A stretch of DNA of 64,000 nt from Podarcis erhardii. Lineage: Eukaryota. Numbering within the stretch: the first letter of the stretch is position 1; each line of letters opens with the position of its first letter. Positions 53,101-64,000 of the stretch are shown here, piece by piece. The notes under the pieces were generated by a model. That model did no database searches. It had not been told where the DNA came from and saw only the letters and a list, made by a program, of their open reading frames with translations. Location: the NCBI GenBank assembly GCA_964252035.1, contig OZ176202.1. One strand, given 5' to 3'. The position numbers were made by a program, and so were the translations under genes.

Positions 53101-53609
53101 GGAGATATGGCTGCGTTCTCAAGGGGGATGTGTGTGAAATATTAAAGTGAAATAAAATAATATGCACACTTTGCCTGTGAAAGAATGTGGCTTCAGTCAC
53201 ACCCACTTGGAAGCACTTCCCATTGAATCTAGGGCTCATGCATAGATCCTGGTGTTGCCATATTTCAAACAGTGATAATCCAGACAGAAAGGTTGTTGAG
53301 CTTTTTTCAGTTTTCGGCTCGGACATTTGTTAGATTTCCGTCAGGGGTGGAGTACAGATGTTGTTAGATTGATCAGCCTGAGTCAGGGTAATGAATCATG
53401 GATACTGTGAGTTGCAGTCCATTCTGGAGGGCCACAGATTCTCCATTGTTGCTATAGGTGAAGCTACAATCAATTTGTCCTTAAATTGCAAAACACAGAC
53501 TGGAATACAATTTATTTCCCAGGTCTATTTCTCATTTATAATACTTATGCATGGTATTTAATAAATAATAATAAAATAAAGCAAAAAGGAAGCTGCAGGC
53601 GCACAATGA

Positions 53610-54230
53610 CTTATTAAAATATTTTATACCAACCTTCCAATCTGTAGATTCATAAAGGAGGTAACAAAATATTTTAAATTACAGCAATAATGAAATCAAA
53701 TTCAATAAAGAAGCAGTAAGCACAGCAAGAAAACAATGAATTAAAACAGCCATAATCAATACGCAGTGAACCTCAAAAGCTCTGTAGAAGAAACCTGAAT
53801 GTCTGGAGTCTAATGACAGTGCAATGGAACTCACTAGGAAGTGATTTCCATAATTTTAACTCCAGTTTGGGAAAGGACAGTTGGGAAACCAACTGGAAAT
53901 CAGTGAAGATTGACTCAAACCCACATTATACCTACCGTATTTTTTGCACCATAACACTCACTTTTTTCCTCCTAGAAAGTAAGGGGAAACGTCTGTACGT
54001 GTTATGGAGGAAATGCCTATGGGTGGCATGCCCACGGATTTTCCTCCTCTAAAAACTATGTGCGTGTTATGGTCGGGTGCGTGTTATAGAGCGAAAAATA
54101 CGGTACATTATATGGTCCATGCAGTCCAGCTCAGTCAGTATCCTAGTGGCTGCATTTTGAGCTCCCTGAAGCTTCCAAGTGTTCTTCTAAGGAACTCATA
54201 AGTAACTTATTCCCAGCAGCAAGAAACATC
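53610..54230 (-). mobile_element. L2 LINE 3' relic interrupted by the Tc2-type MITE
   Basis: Reverse translation KNTWKLQGAQNAATRILTELDCMDHI on the right of the MITE and LH*FPVGF on the left match L2 KLQLVQNAAARLLT...DHITPVL..LHWLPV. Confidence 0.75.
53935..54103. mobile_element. Tc1/mariner Tc2-type MITE (169 bp) nested in an L2 relic
   Basis: 23-bp imperfect TIRs ccgtattttttgcaccataacac / gtgttatagagcgaaaaatacgg; TA on both sides. Confidence 0.85.
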
Positions 54231-54437
54231 GAAACTAGACACTGGAAGGATCTATCAGAAGTGAACACAGACTACTGGTACCAAAATGTATGGGAAACCG
54301 GCCTAGACTAGGAAAGTTAACCAACAAACTTAAATTAGCACGGGGACAAGCAAAGGAAAACCTCTTCATCCCGGTGTGGATCCCCTTTATCACAAACACA
54401 GCACAACAGGACAATGACCTATCCCCTCTCCACAGTA

Positions 54438-54525
54438 CAGTGGTACTGCTGGTTAAGTACTTAATTCGTTCCGGAGGTACGTTCTTAACCTGAAACTGTT
54501 CTTAACCTGAAGCACCACTTTAGCT
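54438..54525. mobile_element. Truncated copy of the same MITE family
   Basis: TA-cagtggtactgctggttaagtacttaattcgttccggagg...aagcaccactttagct, then an abrupt break. Confidence 0.85.
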
Positions 54526-55299
54526 GAGGGTCTTGGTGAGGGTCTTTTTTGCTGAGGGTCTTGGTGAACTACTTAATGGTATTTCTACCTGTTGTAGCAA
54601 TTCTAATGCACTGTGCTAGATGCTGCATGATTTACAGACCCACCACAGACCACCTGAATAAAACTTCTATGTTCCAACCATATAAACAGACAGAATGAAA
54701 CAACAACTCAGAGCTATCTTATTTCTGCTGAATTTGCTTGAATATCTTTTCTATCATCGCATATGTTCAGCTTCCCCAGCCCTAGGCCAGAAAAAGCAAA
54801 CACTTCCACAAATGATTGCATATTTAAGAATATACTCAGACATCCATAAAAAAAGCAATATTGTGAAGCTTGGTGTGTATTTGCCATAGACATCCTTGTA
54901 GATCTATTTCTCCTCAGGCTGTATCTCAGCTTTTTGACAACCACAGACCCCGGATCAAGCTTGTTCAATGCACTCTCTTTAATTAAGCCAAATAATAAGC
55001 TATATCATACTCAAGGCCACAAGCAGCAGGTATGCTGATGCTGCGTGCCTGTTCCTGCTCACCCTTTGCCTTCCTCCCTTTACACAAAGTCGGGGTGTAA
55101 ATAGTTCCACGCTTGGCCCTATTGCTCGGCATCGTGTCAACACAGAACGGGATTCAGATCTGCCTTTCCCGCAACAATTCTCCCTTGCAGAACATCCTGC
55201 TAGGCACCTTATTTTATCCTTTGCAGGGCAGGCAAAGAGCGAAAGAGATGGAGCCGTGTGATCCAGTTGCTCCACTCGCTGGGCTTACTCCAAGGACGG

Positions 55300-56650
55300 C
55301 CTCGTCCGAAATCCTCCCCTCCCTGACCCCCCAGCCCAAATGCCAGCTCCCTTCACGTTCCTGAGGTACTCAAGATCTTGCCCTTGCCCTTGCCCTTCCC
55401 TGGGTGAAGTCTCGCCCGCGAGGACATGCGCCTCCCTTTGCAATCCCGGGGCTGGAAGTCTCGAGCCCCCTCTCCCGCTCGCGCCAAGGCCACCGTGGGC
55501 CAGATTCCCTCGCTCCCTCCCCTCCAGTGGGAGGCGCCTCCGGGACAGAGCCAGCTCCCAGCAATGGCACTAACACGGGACCGGGGCACGGCGAGGAGGC
55601 TCCTCTTGCAGGGGCTGCACAAGGGCAGCCGCGCGCAACAGGGCCGCTCGCCCCACGCGCCTCCACCCAGCCGCCCACCGAACCCTCCGGCCGCATTTTA
55701 CTAGATTGTTTATTATTTTGTAGTGGGCGGGGGAGGGAAGAGCAGCTGGGCCAATCGCGGGAGCCCCCGCCTAGACGGACGGCACCTTCCGAGCAATGCG
55801 AAAAGAGGGCGGGCCCCGGTGGTCACGCGCTAATTTAGAGAATGACATCATCCCTTGGCGCGCGGCAACCGAGCTTGGTGGCGGTGGGGCGGGGCCGAGG
55901 GAGGAGCCAGGGAGTTGGGGCGGGGCCGGAGGGAGGGAGGGGAGGGGCTTGGAGGAGAGGAGGCTTGTGCGTAGAGCAGGATTGTGGGGAGAAGGAGGTC
56001 TATTGTGGCGCTGCGTTCCCAGCCCGGGCAGGTTCCCCTTCTTCTCCCTGCTGCGCCCAGGGTGGCAGCGCGAGGGCTGACGAGGCGCGATGCGAGGGAA
56101 AGAAAGGCAGCCGCGTGGGCCCCGCGGGGTCAGCAGCTGCAGAAGGCGCTGAATGAAGGGAAGCGACCCAGCGGGTTCCTCTGCTGCGGAGCGCTATTGG
56201 GGGACAGGCGGGGTGGGGGCAACACCCCTCCAGGGCGGAAGGTCGCCCGCTGACCTTTGCGCCTTCCCCGGGCGCGCTGGCTCAGCAGCGCCGAGAGGGG
56301 CGCCGTTTTGCGCCTCCCTCGGTGGTCCCGTCGCCGTGTTTGCACCAGCGGAAGAAAGTTAGAGGGCTAGTAACAGGAGGAGGCGCAGAGAGAGCCAGAT
56401 TGGTCCTTCAAATTACCGCTCCGCCAATGATCGTTTCCGCAAGGAGCCCTTAGAAATACCGCTGACCTATAACGCGGAGATGGCGCAATGGTTCGTCTGT
56501 TGTGCAGGCAGTCCTCCCGCGCGGGCTGCTGCAAGCCGTGTTGCTAAGCTTTCAGGGGACGCTTTAATTTGCCCGTTTCGCATTACCTAAGCAAAGCAGG
56601 CTGGTTAAACTCTTGCAAAAATGTCTGCGCTTGGATCACGCGAGGTGCAA
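55300..56650. promoter_or_regulatory. CpG island with promoter motifs and no recognisable coding exon
   Basis: Sharp rise in GC and CpG. CCAAT 55751-55755; TGACATCA 55843-55850; TTGGCGCGC (E2F-like) 55855-55863; two perfect GGGGCGGGGC Sp/KLF boxes at 55886-55895 and 55917-55926; ATTGG 56399-56403; CCAAT 56424-56428; TATAA 56468-56472; AGATGGCG (YY1-like) 56478-56485. Confidence 0.85.
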
Positions 56651-57074
56651 ATAACTAATAATCACGCTGCAATTAGGGGTTCATTATGTGTCATTATACC
56701 TATTTACCTATGGACAAACTGAGGCAGAAACCGGTTGTGTCGCTTATGCAAGGTCACAAAGGGTGTCGCCAACAAGGCAAGGAACAGAATGCGTGTATCC
56801 TCAGTCCTAGTCTCTTCCCAGCCATGTAAATGCTTTAGGTGACACACTGCTTGGGCAGTTCATTCAGACTAGGGATGGGGAATCTGCAGCTTCCCACCTG
56901 GCACTGGATGACATCTATCATCCCTCACCCTGCAGGCTGGGACTGAGGGCAGTTCTGTCCAATTATAGCTCCAGGGCCTGCTACAAAAATCAAATGTAAA
57001 ATACTGCTTTACGTTGTAATGCCAAATGATTTTCTTTCTACAACCTGGAAAGACCACCTCTGCATCTTCTGAAT

Positions 57075-57136
57075 GGGTAGCTGTGTTGCAGCAAATACAG
57101 AAGAGTCTTGTGGTGCCTTAAAGATTAACAACTATA
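57075..57136. mobile_element. Short degenerate Penelope-like terminal fragment
   Basis: gggtagctgtgttg...aagagtcttgtggtgccttaaagattaac resembles the 63199 element start. Confidence 0.5.
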
Positions 57137-57144
57137 ATAGGACT

Positions 57145-57341
57145 AGGTCTGGCCCAAGACATTTGGGCACCTGAGGAAGATCCAAAAATGGCACATCCCT
57201 CCTCACCAGGGAAGAAGGGGTGGGGGAAGATCTACATCAGGAACAAGGGGGTGGGAAAGACTGTCATTGAGATTTGCTGTCCTGGTCAATCCTCCCATCT
57301 GAGGCAGGCACCTCACCTTGCCTCATGGGTGGGCCGGCCCT
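57145..57341. mobile_element. GGGCCGGCCC-ended non-autonomous DNA element (tentatively PIF/Harbinger-like)
   Basis: aggtctggcccaagacattt ... gcctcatgggtgggccggccct; the TSD is not clear. Confidence 0.45.
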
Positions 57342-57455
57342 GAACAAAGATCTACACCAGGATCTGCTGGCCCTGTAGATCCTAACACCTGAGGCCTCCC
57401 CTTGCCTCATTTGCAGTGACTATTCACAAAGCAGGGCAGGTGATAACATAAATAA

Positions 57456-57654
57456 CATGGTTGGCTATGCTCTCCCTCCGTGATCAGCAGCTGCATGCTT
57501 CTGAAGAGCAATTCCTGGAAACTGTAAGAGGGAAGAGTGCTCTTGCACTCAAGGCCTACTTGCAGGCTTCCCACAGGCATCTGGTTGTAAGAACAGGCTG
57601 TTGGACCAGATGAGCCACTGACCTGATCCAGCAGGCTCTTCTTATGTCCTTATG
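57456..57654 (+). mobile_element. CR1 3' UTR relic
   Basis: ggcatctggttgtaagaacaggctgttggaccagatgagccactgacctgatccagcaggctcttcttatgtccttatg, a typical squamate CR1 tail. Confidence 0.78.
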
Positions 57655-58656
57655 GTGAACTAATTGTTATATGAACCCTCTTACCCTGATTCAAGCCATG
57701 GATATTAGAATTGAAACTCATGATAATTTGTAATCCAGCTGTTTCACACTGCTCTCTTCCTTTGAAGGTCCTTTGTTGAAGAATAGCCATCTTTAGGTCA
57801 GGGCAGAGTAGCCTGTTGTCAGGGTTGTGTCTATTTACTCTTGTGCACAGAAAATAGGCCTTAGGTAGAATGTAGAAGGGCAGCATCTATGCCACATTGG
57901 AAGATAATGAGTGGGTAAATTAACCCTCAGTGTTTTGGCTAACATTGTTCATTAGGTCTTGCACTTGTGTTGCTTCAGTAGATAAAGGGACAGAGTTGGC
58001 ATCTGGTTTTGTTGTGGCATCTGATTGCGGTGTTTGTGTGTCTGTTTTGTGGCCTCTTGTTGGGTATCTGTTTTAGATCAGGGGGCTGACTGTAAACAAT
58101 GTAAGCAAGGCTACCACCCCATCTTACAAAAGAGGAGTGCCATTATCCAGGGTGGGCTATAGATCCTTGGTGGTATGTTGCAGTGGTTTTCACCTTTTCC
58201 TTTAAAAAAAAGCCCCTAGGTTCTACCCCTTTAACAATTATGCAATTTAACAGGAACAGCATTGCCAGGCATTGCAAAATCATGGGAAAGCTAAACCTGC
58301 TGAGTTTCTGTCACTTGTGCAGCATAATACCAAAGCCTCCAATATTATAATTGTTGTTGTACCCATTAAGGAAGCATCCTCACTCAACAGCCCATCTTTC
58401 AATAATACCCGGAGCCAGATATCTGCCAACAGATAATATTTTCACATCAATATTGAATTTTGTTTGACTCCCAGTAAACAGCACCAGTGATATTTTAGGG
58501 ACAATGAGTACGACAGTTCAAAGATATGAGGTGTGGGGCACATTTCCTCATATCATGTGGACATCTTTTCATAGTTGCTCATCTTTCACATTTATTGTCC
58601 TGTTGTTTTTGTAGCACTGAAGAGTGAATAGAGGTTTCCTTACCTATCTTTTTGAT

Positions 58657-58750
58657 CCCATTCATTATTTGTATGCCCACGTCATGTATCTTCTTACTCA
58701 TCTTTGTTTGAAGATCAATAGCCCCAGTCTTTTCAATTCCTCCTAGAATG
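58657..58750 (-). mobile_element. CR1 LINE ORF2 C-terminal relic
   Basis: Reverse translation F*EELKRLGLLIFKQR*VRRYMTWAYKIMNG matches YEERLK.LGLFSLEKRRLRGDMIEVYKIM.G. Confidence 0.7.
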
Positions 58751-60069
58751 GACAGTTTTATTAAAGTCATTTTTGTTCAGTGGCTCTGTTCTACTTCTTC
58801 TTTACACATAGATCAACCTGTCCTATTGGGATATTTTTTTCTTTGTTTTAGTCAAAATATAACACAATCCAGGGCAGGAAATGAGAATGGCCTCTGAGCT
58901 TTGCACTGAACTAACCTGTTTAATCCTGCCTCTACACTGTGGACATAACCTACCATAGACTGAAAGTTGATCAAGTTATTCCATCTTCCCAGAGAGCCAC
59001 AAGTACTATAGTTTAATGATATGGGGCTAGAAGATTTGTTGCTGCCCCTCCAAACTATCACTCCCAGGATTCTTTGGAAGGAATAATAAAATATGAACAA
59101 AACAAAAAAACCCCAATATATTTCTAGAGCAGGGATGGGGAACTTACAACCCTTCAGATGTTGTTCGATTTCAACTCATCATCCCTCACCATTGTCTATG
59201 GGAATTGGACTAGAACAACATCTCGGGGGTGGAAGCAGAGATTCTCTATCCCTGACCCAAAATGAAACAACCTAACCTTCTTACAACTGTGAAACCATTA
59301 GTTCTTTAAAATTTTCTCATTTTTTTGTGGAATTAAAGAATGGGTACTTTGTATGCTTATATCTGACCTGCATTCCATATAAAGAAATGATGGACTAGGC
59401 CTTTTCAGTATAAGAAGAGAAACTGGAAATGGATATATTTATTGAAATGATGCTAGTGTGACTAGAACCGTAGTAATCCTGCAACAAGGACTGTTGTTCA
59501 AAGAACTTTGAACAAAGAGCTTTGAATTTATAGTCTCTAAATGTGAATATGACAATGGGTAACCAGAATTGCCACTTGACTGGTTTAAAACCACCCTGGC
59601 TGGTTTTGTGTGTGTGTGTGTGTGCATGCACACACGCACACACTTTCAAACTCATACACAGTGATGGATAAGTAAGTACTTTGGCAACTGGCTTGGTGGG
59701 TTCCAAGTGTTGCAGTCTGCCCTGAATGTAACACATAAAATTATTTGGATATTCTTCATTTGGTAATTGCTAGGTTAGTTCCAGAGTCAACAGGCCCTGA
59801 GAGATAAAGGGAGATAATGAAGTGGAAAGTATGGAATCCTAACTACAGAAAAACAATAGAACTGCAGGCTCATGTTCCCAGGTGTCCCAGGGCAAAGTGG
59901 GGTTCCACAAATGAGACTTGAGAGATCCATGAAGAGCACAGTGTTCCACTGCAACTGAAGCCTCAGGATACCTGCTTGCAGTAATAGTGGAGCAAATTGC
60001 TCCAGGTGGCTCAGGCAAACTGAGCAAAGCCATATCCTACAGGGAGTAGAGGTTTTGTTTTGCTTTTTA

Positions 60070-60239
60070 AAGGACTGCCATATGTCCAGAATTTCTTGGA
60101 CATATCCAGGACTCCCCCGCCAAAAATAGCATCCGAATTTCCCAAAAAATAGAGTTCAACAACTTTGCCAAAAAAAAAACAAAAACAACCCTCCAGATTT
60201 TGTGTCTGGATTTTCCGTTTTTGAAATATGGCAACCCTA
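60070..60239. mobile_element. TAGGGTTGCCATA-ended MITE, reverse orientation relative to the 8268 copy
   Basis: aaggactgccatatgtcc ... ttgaaatatggcaacccta. Confidence 0.7.
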
Positions 60240-63111
60240 GCTTTTTGTTTCTTTTTTAAACCCTGCCAATATATCTTGGTAGAAAATTCCTTATCAGCCC
60301 CAAATATGAGAGTGTATGAGGTCCTAAATGTGGGGGGGGGGACCCATTCTGTCTTTACAAAATACATTTAATTAGAATGAAAGTCTGAGAACCCTTTATC
60401 CGTAACCCTGGGCTCCATCTGAAAAACCCTTTTAAGACCACAACTGTGGGCCCAAATGAAAATAATAAGAAATGTGATAAATCCTAAATATATTTAAATT
60501 TTGATTTGAAACTGGACAAGTTCTGTGAAAAGTAGGGTTAAGGTGTTAGTGATACAAAGGAAAAGCATAGGAAGGAGGTGGTGATCCTGGGACCCTGTGC
60601 TAGATTTTGCTTGTGTTTGCATTTGATGTCACTGAGGCTACAGAGAGCAAAGCAGTTTGGACTGGGCCTATGCACAAAGCTTTTCCAGTGGAGAGTAGTT
60701 TAAGAACATATAAATGAACCTTGCTGAATCTGTCTGAAGAGCTATCTCAGGTATGGGGAACCTCTTGCCTGCAAGGCTTGTGTCTCAAACCATGCCTTTC
60801 TGCCCCTTTATCCGACATCTTAAGTGATGTCATGTCTTGGCCAGGTAAACACATAGTTCTGCTCCAGTATCCTGTTTCCCAAACTGCCCAACCAGATGCC
60901 TCTGGGATACACAAAATATCCACATTGTAATACTGCCCCCACCTCCATAAGTTAGCTCTGATATGCATATAGAATGGGATTCCTCCGCATTCACCATAGT
61001 CCCTATTTATATCAGTGTCAAAGTAGCCACATGTTCTGCCTTATGGAGGATGGTCCTGTATTAGATGGAGTCCTCTATCTGAAAGGCTGTTGGGAGTTGA
61101 TGGCTGGAATATTTCTGTGTATTCACAATGTATTTTTCTATTTCTTTTTTTAAGAGATGTATTGTGGTTCTTTTGTTCTGTTTTCTTTTTCTAAGTTTTG
61201 TGTGTGTGTGTGTGTATGTATGTGTTAATTTTAAACCAATAAAGATTGAATTAAAAAGAAAGAAGAAGGGGAATCTGGTCCAAGTGCTGTTAATGGATGA
61301 AGAATCATGTGGGGGAGAGGAGGGGGGAACCTTGAAGTCGTCAATCAATAGTTAGTACCTGGGCCGTAATTCTAAATATGCATATATACACAGAAGTTGG
61401 GGGGGGGGTTATGCAAATTATTAGTAGCTAATGAAACGTGATGCAAGATCAATTATCAGTTACAAATTCGAGACTGTATGGGAATTAACTGAACAGTCAG
61501 TCCTGGATAAAGTGAACCCTTTATCTGTTTGAATGAAATGTTGACTCTTTCACAGCCTCTCCACTATTTAAACAAGGTAGTGTTTAAACAGAGCACTTTC
61601 GGAATAAACATCAGGGAGGGGATGAGATTTTTAAAATGTAAGAAAGCGCTGTTAATTTCCAATCTAGTTCATATTGTACAGTGTAAGGAAGTGATGTCAA
61701 TTTATAACTACCAACTTACTTGAAATGAAACGTTCAGAATCATTGTAAAGGGTGCAGTGACTGTTTCTGCTGAATAATATATTAAAACCAATATCATCCA
61801 GCTGGATCATGAAATTATATATAAACCACTGTAAGAAAATGCTGCCCAGTTCACTTGGAAATAAGTATGGGAATGAAGTCGTTTAAAAAATCTATTATTT
61901 CCCCACATTACTTCAACCCATTCTATCTGGATACTTGAGTGTTACATAAATGTAGTCCAAGATCTTGCAGTCAATTGCTGATATTGTGTTATCTAGAATA
62001 AACAGTGGTGAAAAGTTCTTCATGGGAATTCTGAATCTGGGCCAAAACACATACATAATGTTGCAACCTGATGGTGCTATTTACTTAAGGATGCCAATAA
62101 AGAAAGGTAAAGGCCCAACTCTTACTTGGTTATGGCCAAAGAAAAATCACATGTACATGTATATCAAAATAAGGCATTTTTACACCCATCTGTTTCAGTT
62201 GGACAACAGAGCACGTATAGTTCTCACTCACTAAAATTAATGGTATGTAATGGCTATTTTATGTATACCTATAAAATCTACTATATTTATAGAGATGGCA
62301 AAGTAATTACTTTTCTTGTTATCTAATTACTTGCCCTCCCCCATCACGATTTTGTAGTCACCTAGTGCTGGGTGGTTGTGATTAAAACAAAACTGACCTA
62401 TTTATTCTCTCTGTTTGGGAATAAATCTGGTTGATTTTAATAAAACTTCAGTAAATATACATAGAACTGGGCCACACATCAAATTTCTGTAAGGAATACA
62501 TTTTGTCTCACCAGAAAAAGTAATGTCTTGCTATGTATCTGCATACTCTTAATGTCTGACCACCACTGGATTCTTAGCACTTACTAAGCAGGAACAAGGA
62601 AGCAGATTTTCCTTTAATGTTTGAACCTTTTACCAGAGTTTGTTAACTTATCCATTCATTCATTCATTCATTATCACATGACTTTCTCCAAAGAAACTGG
62701 AAATGTGTAAGACACATCTAAACATGTCTAAATTCCTCTCAATTTAAAAAAAGTGTGAAAATTTAAATACGCTTCCGTTAGCTAAATTTGATGGTTACTT
62801 TTGAATTTTCAAACATTAGCCTTAGCTTGAACTGCCAGAAGGATTGCCTTAGTTGGCACCTTTGCAGCAGAAACTCCAGCATCACTGCAGAAAACTCCAA
62901 CAGCTACTGCTTTGTAAAAGAAAAGGCATTGTTGTGTTTCCAACCCACCCACATGTTTTGTAGTAAAACAACAGAGAACTGCAAAGATTTTCCCCAACCT
63001 TCCAGCGCATGAAAAAGTGGTCAGCAGGTGCCCACACAACTTATGTGTTTTCTAAGCTCTGCTTTAAAGGTAAGAGGCCTGAGTGGAAGGGAAAGACTGA
63101 GGGCGAAGGCA

Positions 63112-63180
63112 GTAAACAAAACGAGGGGAAACGTTCCAACAAAACAAAACAAAAGCTAAGGTAACACGTAGTAACAAACA
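63112..63180 (+). promoter_or_regulatory. Forkhead-binding motif cluster
   Basis: GTAAACAA (canonical FOXO DBE core) at 63112-63119, ACAAACA at 63174-63180 and AAACAAAACAAAA between them, about 300-500 bp upstream of the CpG island core. Confidence 0.45.
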
Positions 63181-63198
63181 CAACCCAGATCTCCTAAT

Positions 63199-63327
63199 TA
63201 CAGATAGGTAGCCGTGTTGGTCTGCCATAGTTAAAACAAAACAAATTCCTTCCAGTAGCACCTTAAAGACCAACTAAGTCAGTTCTTGGTATGAGCTTTC
63301 GTGTGCATGCACACTTCTTCAGATACA
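63199..63327. mobile_element. Penelope-like element terminal repeat fragment (about 130 bp), young
   Basis: tacagataggtagccgtgttggtctgcc...ccagtagcaccttaaagaccaactaag...ggtatgagctttcgtgtgcatgcacacttcttcagatac; flanked by direct repeat cagatctcctaa at 63186-63197 and 63328-63339. Confidence 0.78.
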
Positions 63328-63399
63328 CAGATCTCCTAAGATCTCCTAAGACACACCTCTTTATTAATGCATTGTTTCTTTAAATCCCTGCTCCTCCAT

Positions 63400-64000
63400 G
63401 AATGGCTCCATTTGCTGATTTTCAACAGCGATGCGTTTTTCCAAGGGTTAAAGGCAGGCGACCGAGCGCGCCTGTTGGCTGAGATGCCTCCAGATAGCCA
63501 GCCTTGCGCTGGCGCTGGCAGCTCGCTCGCCCCTCCCGCCGACGACGCAAGGCCTTCCCACTTGGTGGGTGGCGCCCAGGCTGCTGCTACCGGGTTAGGT
63601 TGAGGCTCCCTGCGTGTGTCTATAACTTTGTGTTGCCGCCGCTGGTTGTTAGGAGAAGGAATGTGGAAGTCAGCAGAGCGGAGGGCGGCGGGCTGCTCGC
63701 GCGAGCTGCAGAGGCGCCCTTCGTCCCCGGCAGCAGTGGCGCCTCCTCCTCCTCCTCCTGCGCTTCTTCCAGGCAGGGGGATCATCCGCGTCGCTTTGTT
63801 TTAAAGGCTTCTTCCTCTGCCTAAGGCGAGACGAGCTGGGGGAACCGTGCTAGCAGGAGCCATGCAGCTGCAGCGACGCTGCGTCTTCCTCCTCCTGTGA
63901 ATTCCGACCTGGATTTTCCGCCGTCCGAGCTCCTCGCCGCTGCTTGGAACCTGCCGCTCGCTCCTTCGTCCCTCCCTCCGCCTGCGTGACCTCCCGCTCT
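63400..64000 (+). promoter_or_regulatory. FOXO3: CpG island, probable FOXO3 promoter and non-coding 5' region (continues past window end)
   Basis: CpG-rich to the window end, with a TATAAC element at 63621-63626. The gene call rests only on conserved AFG1L-FOXO3 tandem synteny in amniotes and upstream forkhead motifs; no coding sequence is seen. Confidence 0.5.

Noticed and set aside
55370-56362. Multiple overlapping 70-144 aa ORFs in the first CpG island as protein-coding genes
   Set aside because: Low-complexity G/P/R/A content in several frames on both strands is expected from GC richness; no recognisable domain.
63336-63824. 149-aa minus-strand and 106-aa plus-strand ORFs in the terminal island
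   Set aside because: GC-driven open frames; no forkhead domain or FOXO N-terminus is visible.

Overview
Vertebrate genomic DNA, almost certainly from a squamate and probably a lacertid lizard, judged from its repeat content (Sauria SINE, CAGTGGTACCTC-ended MITEs, squamate CR1/L2/Penelope relics). The left 38 kb holds the 3' half of AFG1L (LACE1, mitochondrial AAA+ ATPase) on the + strand. Seven coding exons are visible with canonical GT-AG sites and consistent phases (equivalent to mammalian exons 6, 7, 8, 10 partial, 11, 12, 13). Exon 9 and the start of exon 10 are missing and most likely lie in the N gap at 22488-22915. Downstream are about 17 kb of repeat-rich intergenic DNA, a CpG island at about 55.3-56.65 kb with promoter motifs but no recognisable coding exon, and a second CpG island from about 63.4 kb to the window end. 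By conserved AFG1L-FOXO3 synteny the second island is probably the 5' end of FOXO3; no FOXO3 coding sequence is visible, so this is inference. I found no tRNA, rRNA or CRISPR features, no intact transposase or RT ORF, and no long ORF in the supplied track that is a real gene on its own. I did not find a convincing new biological system. The best leads are the apparently divergent orphan CpG-island promoter, a young Penelope insertion between a forkhead-motif cluster and the putative FOXO3 promoter, and a hAT element closely resembling the mammalian MER112 family. Repeat family names come from recalled consensus sequences, not from a database search.
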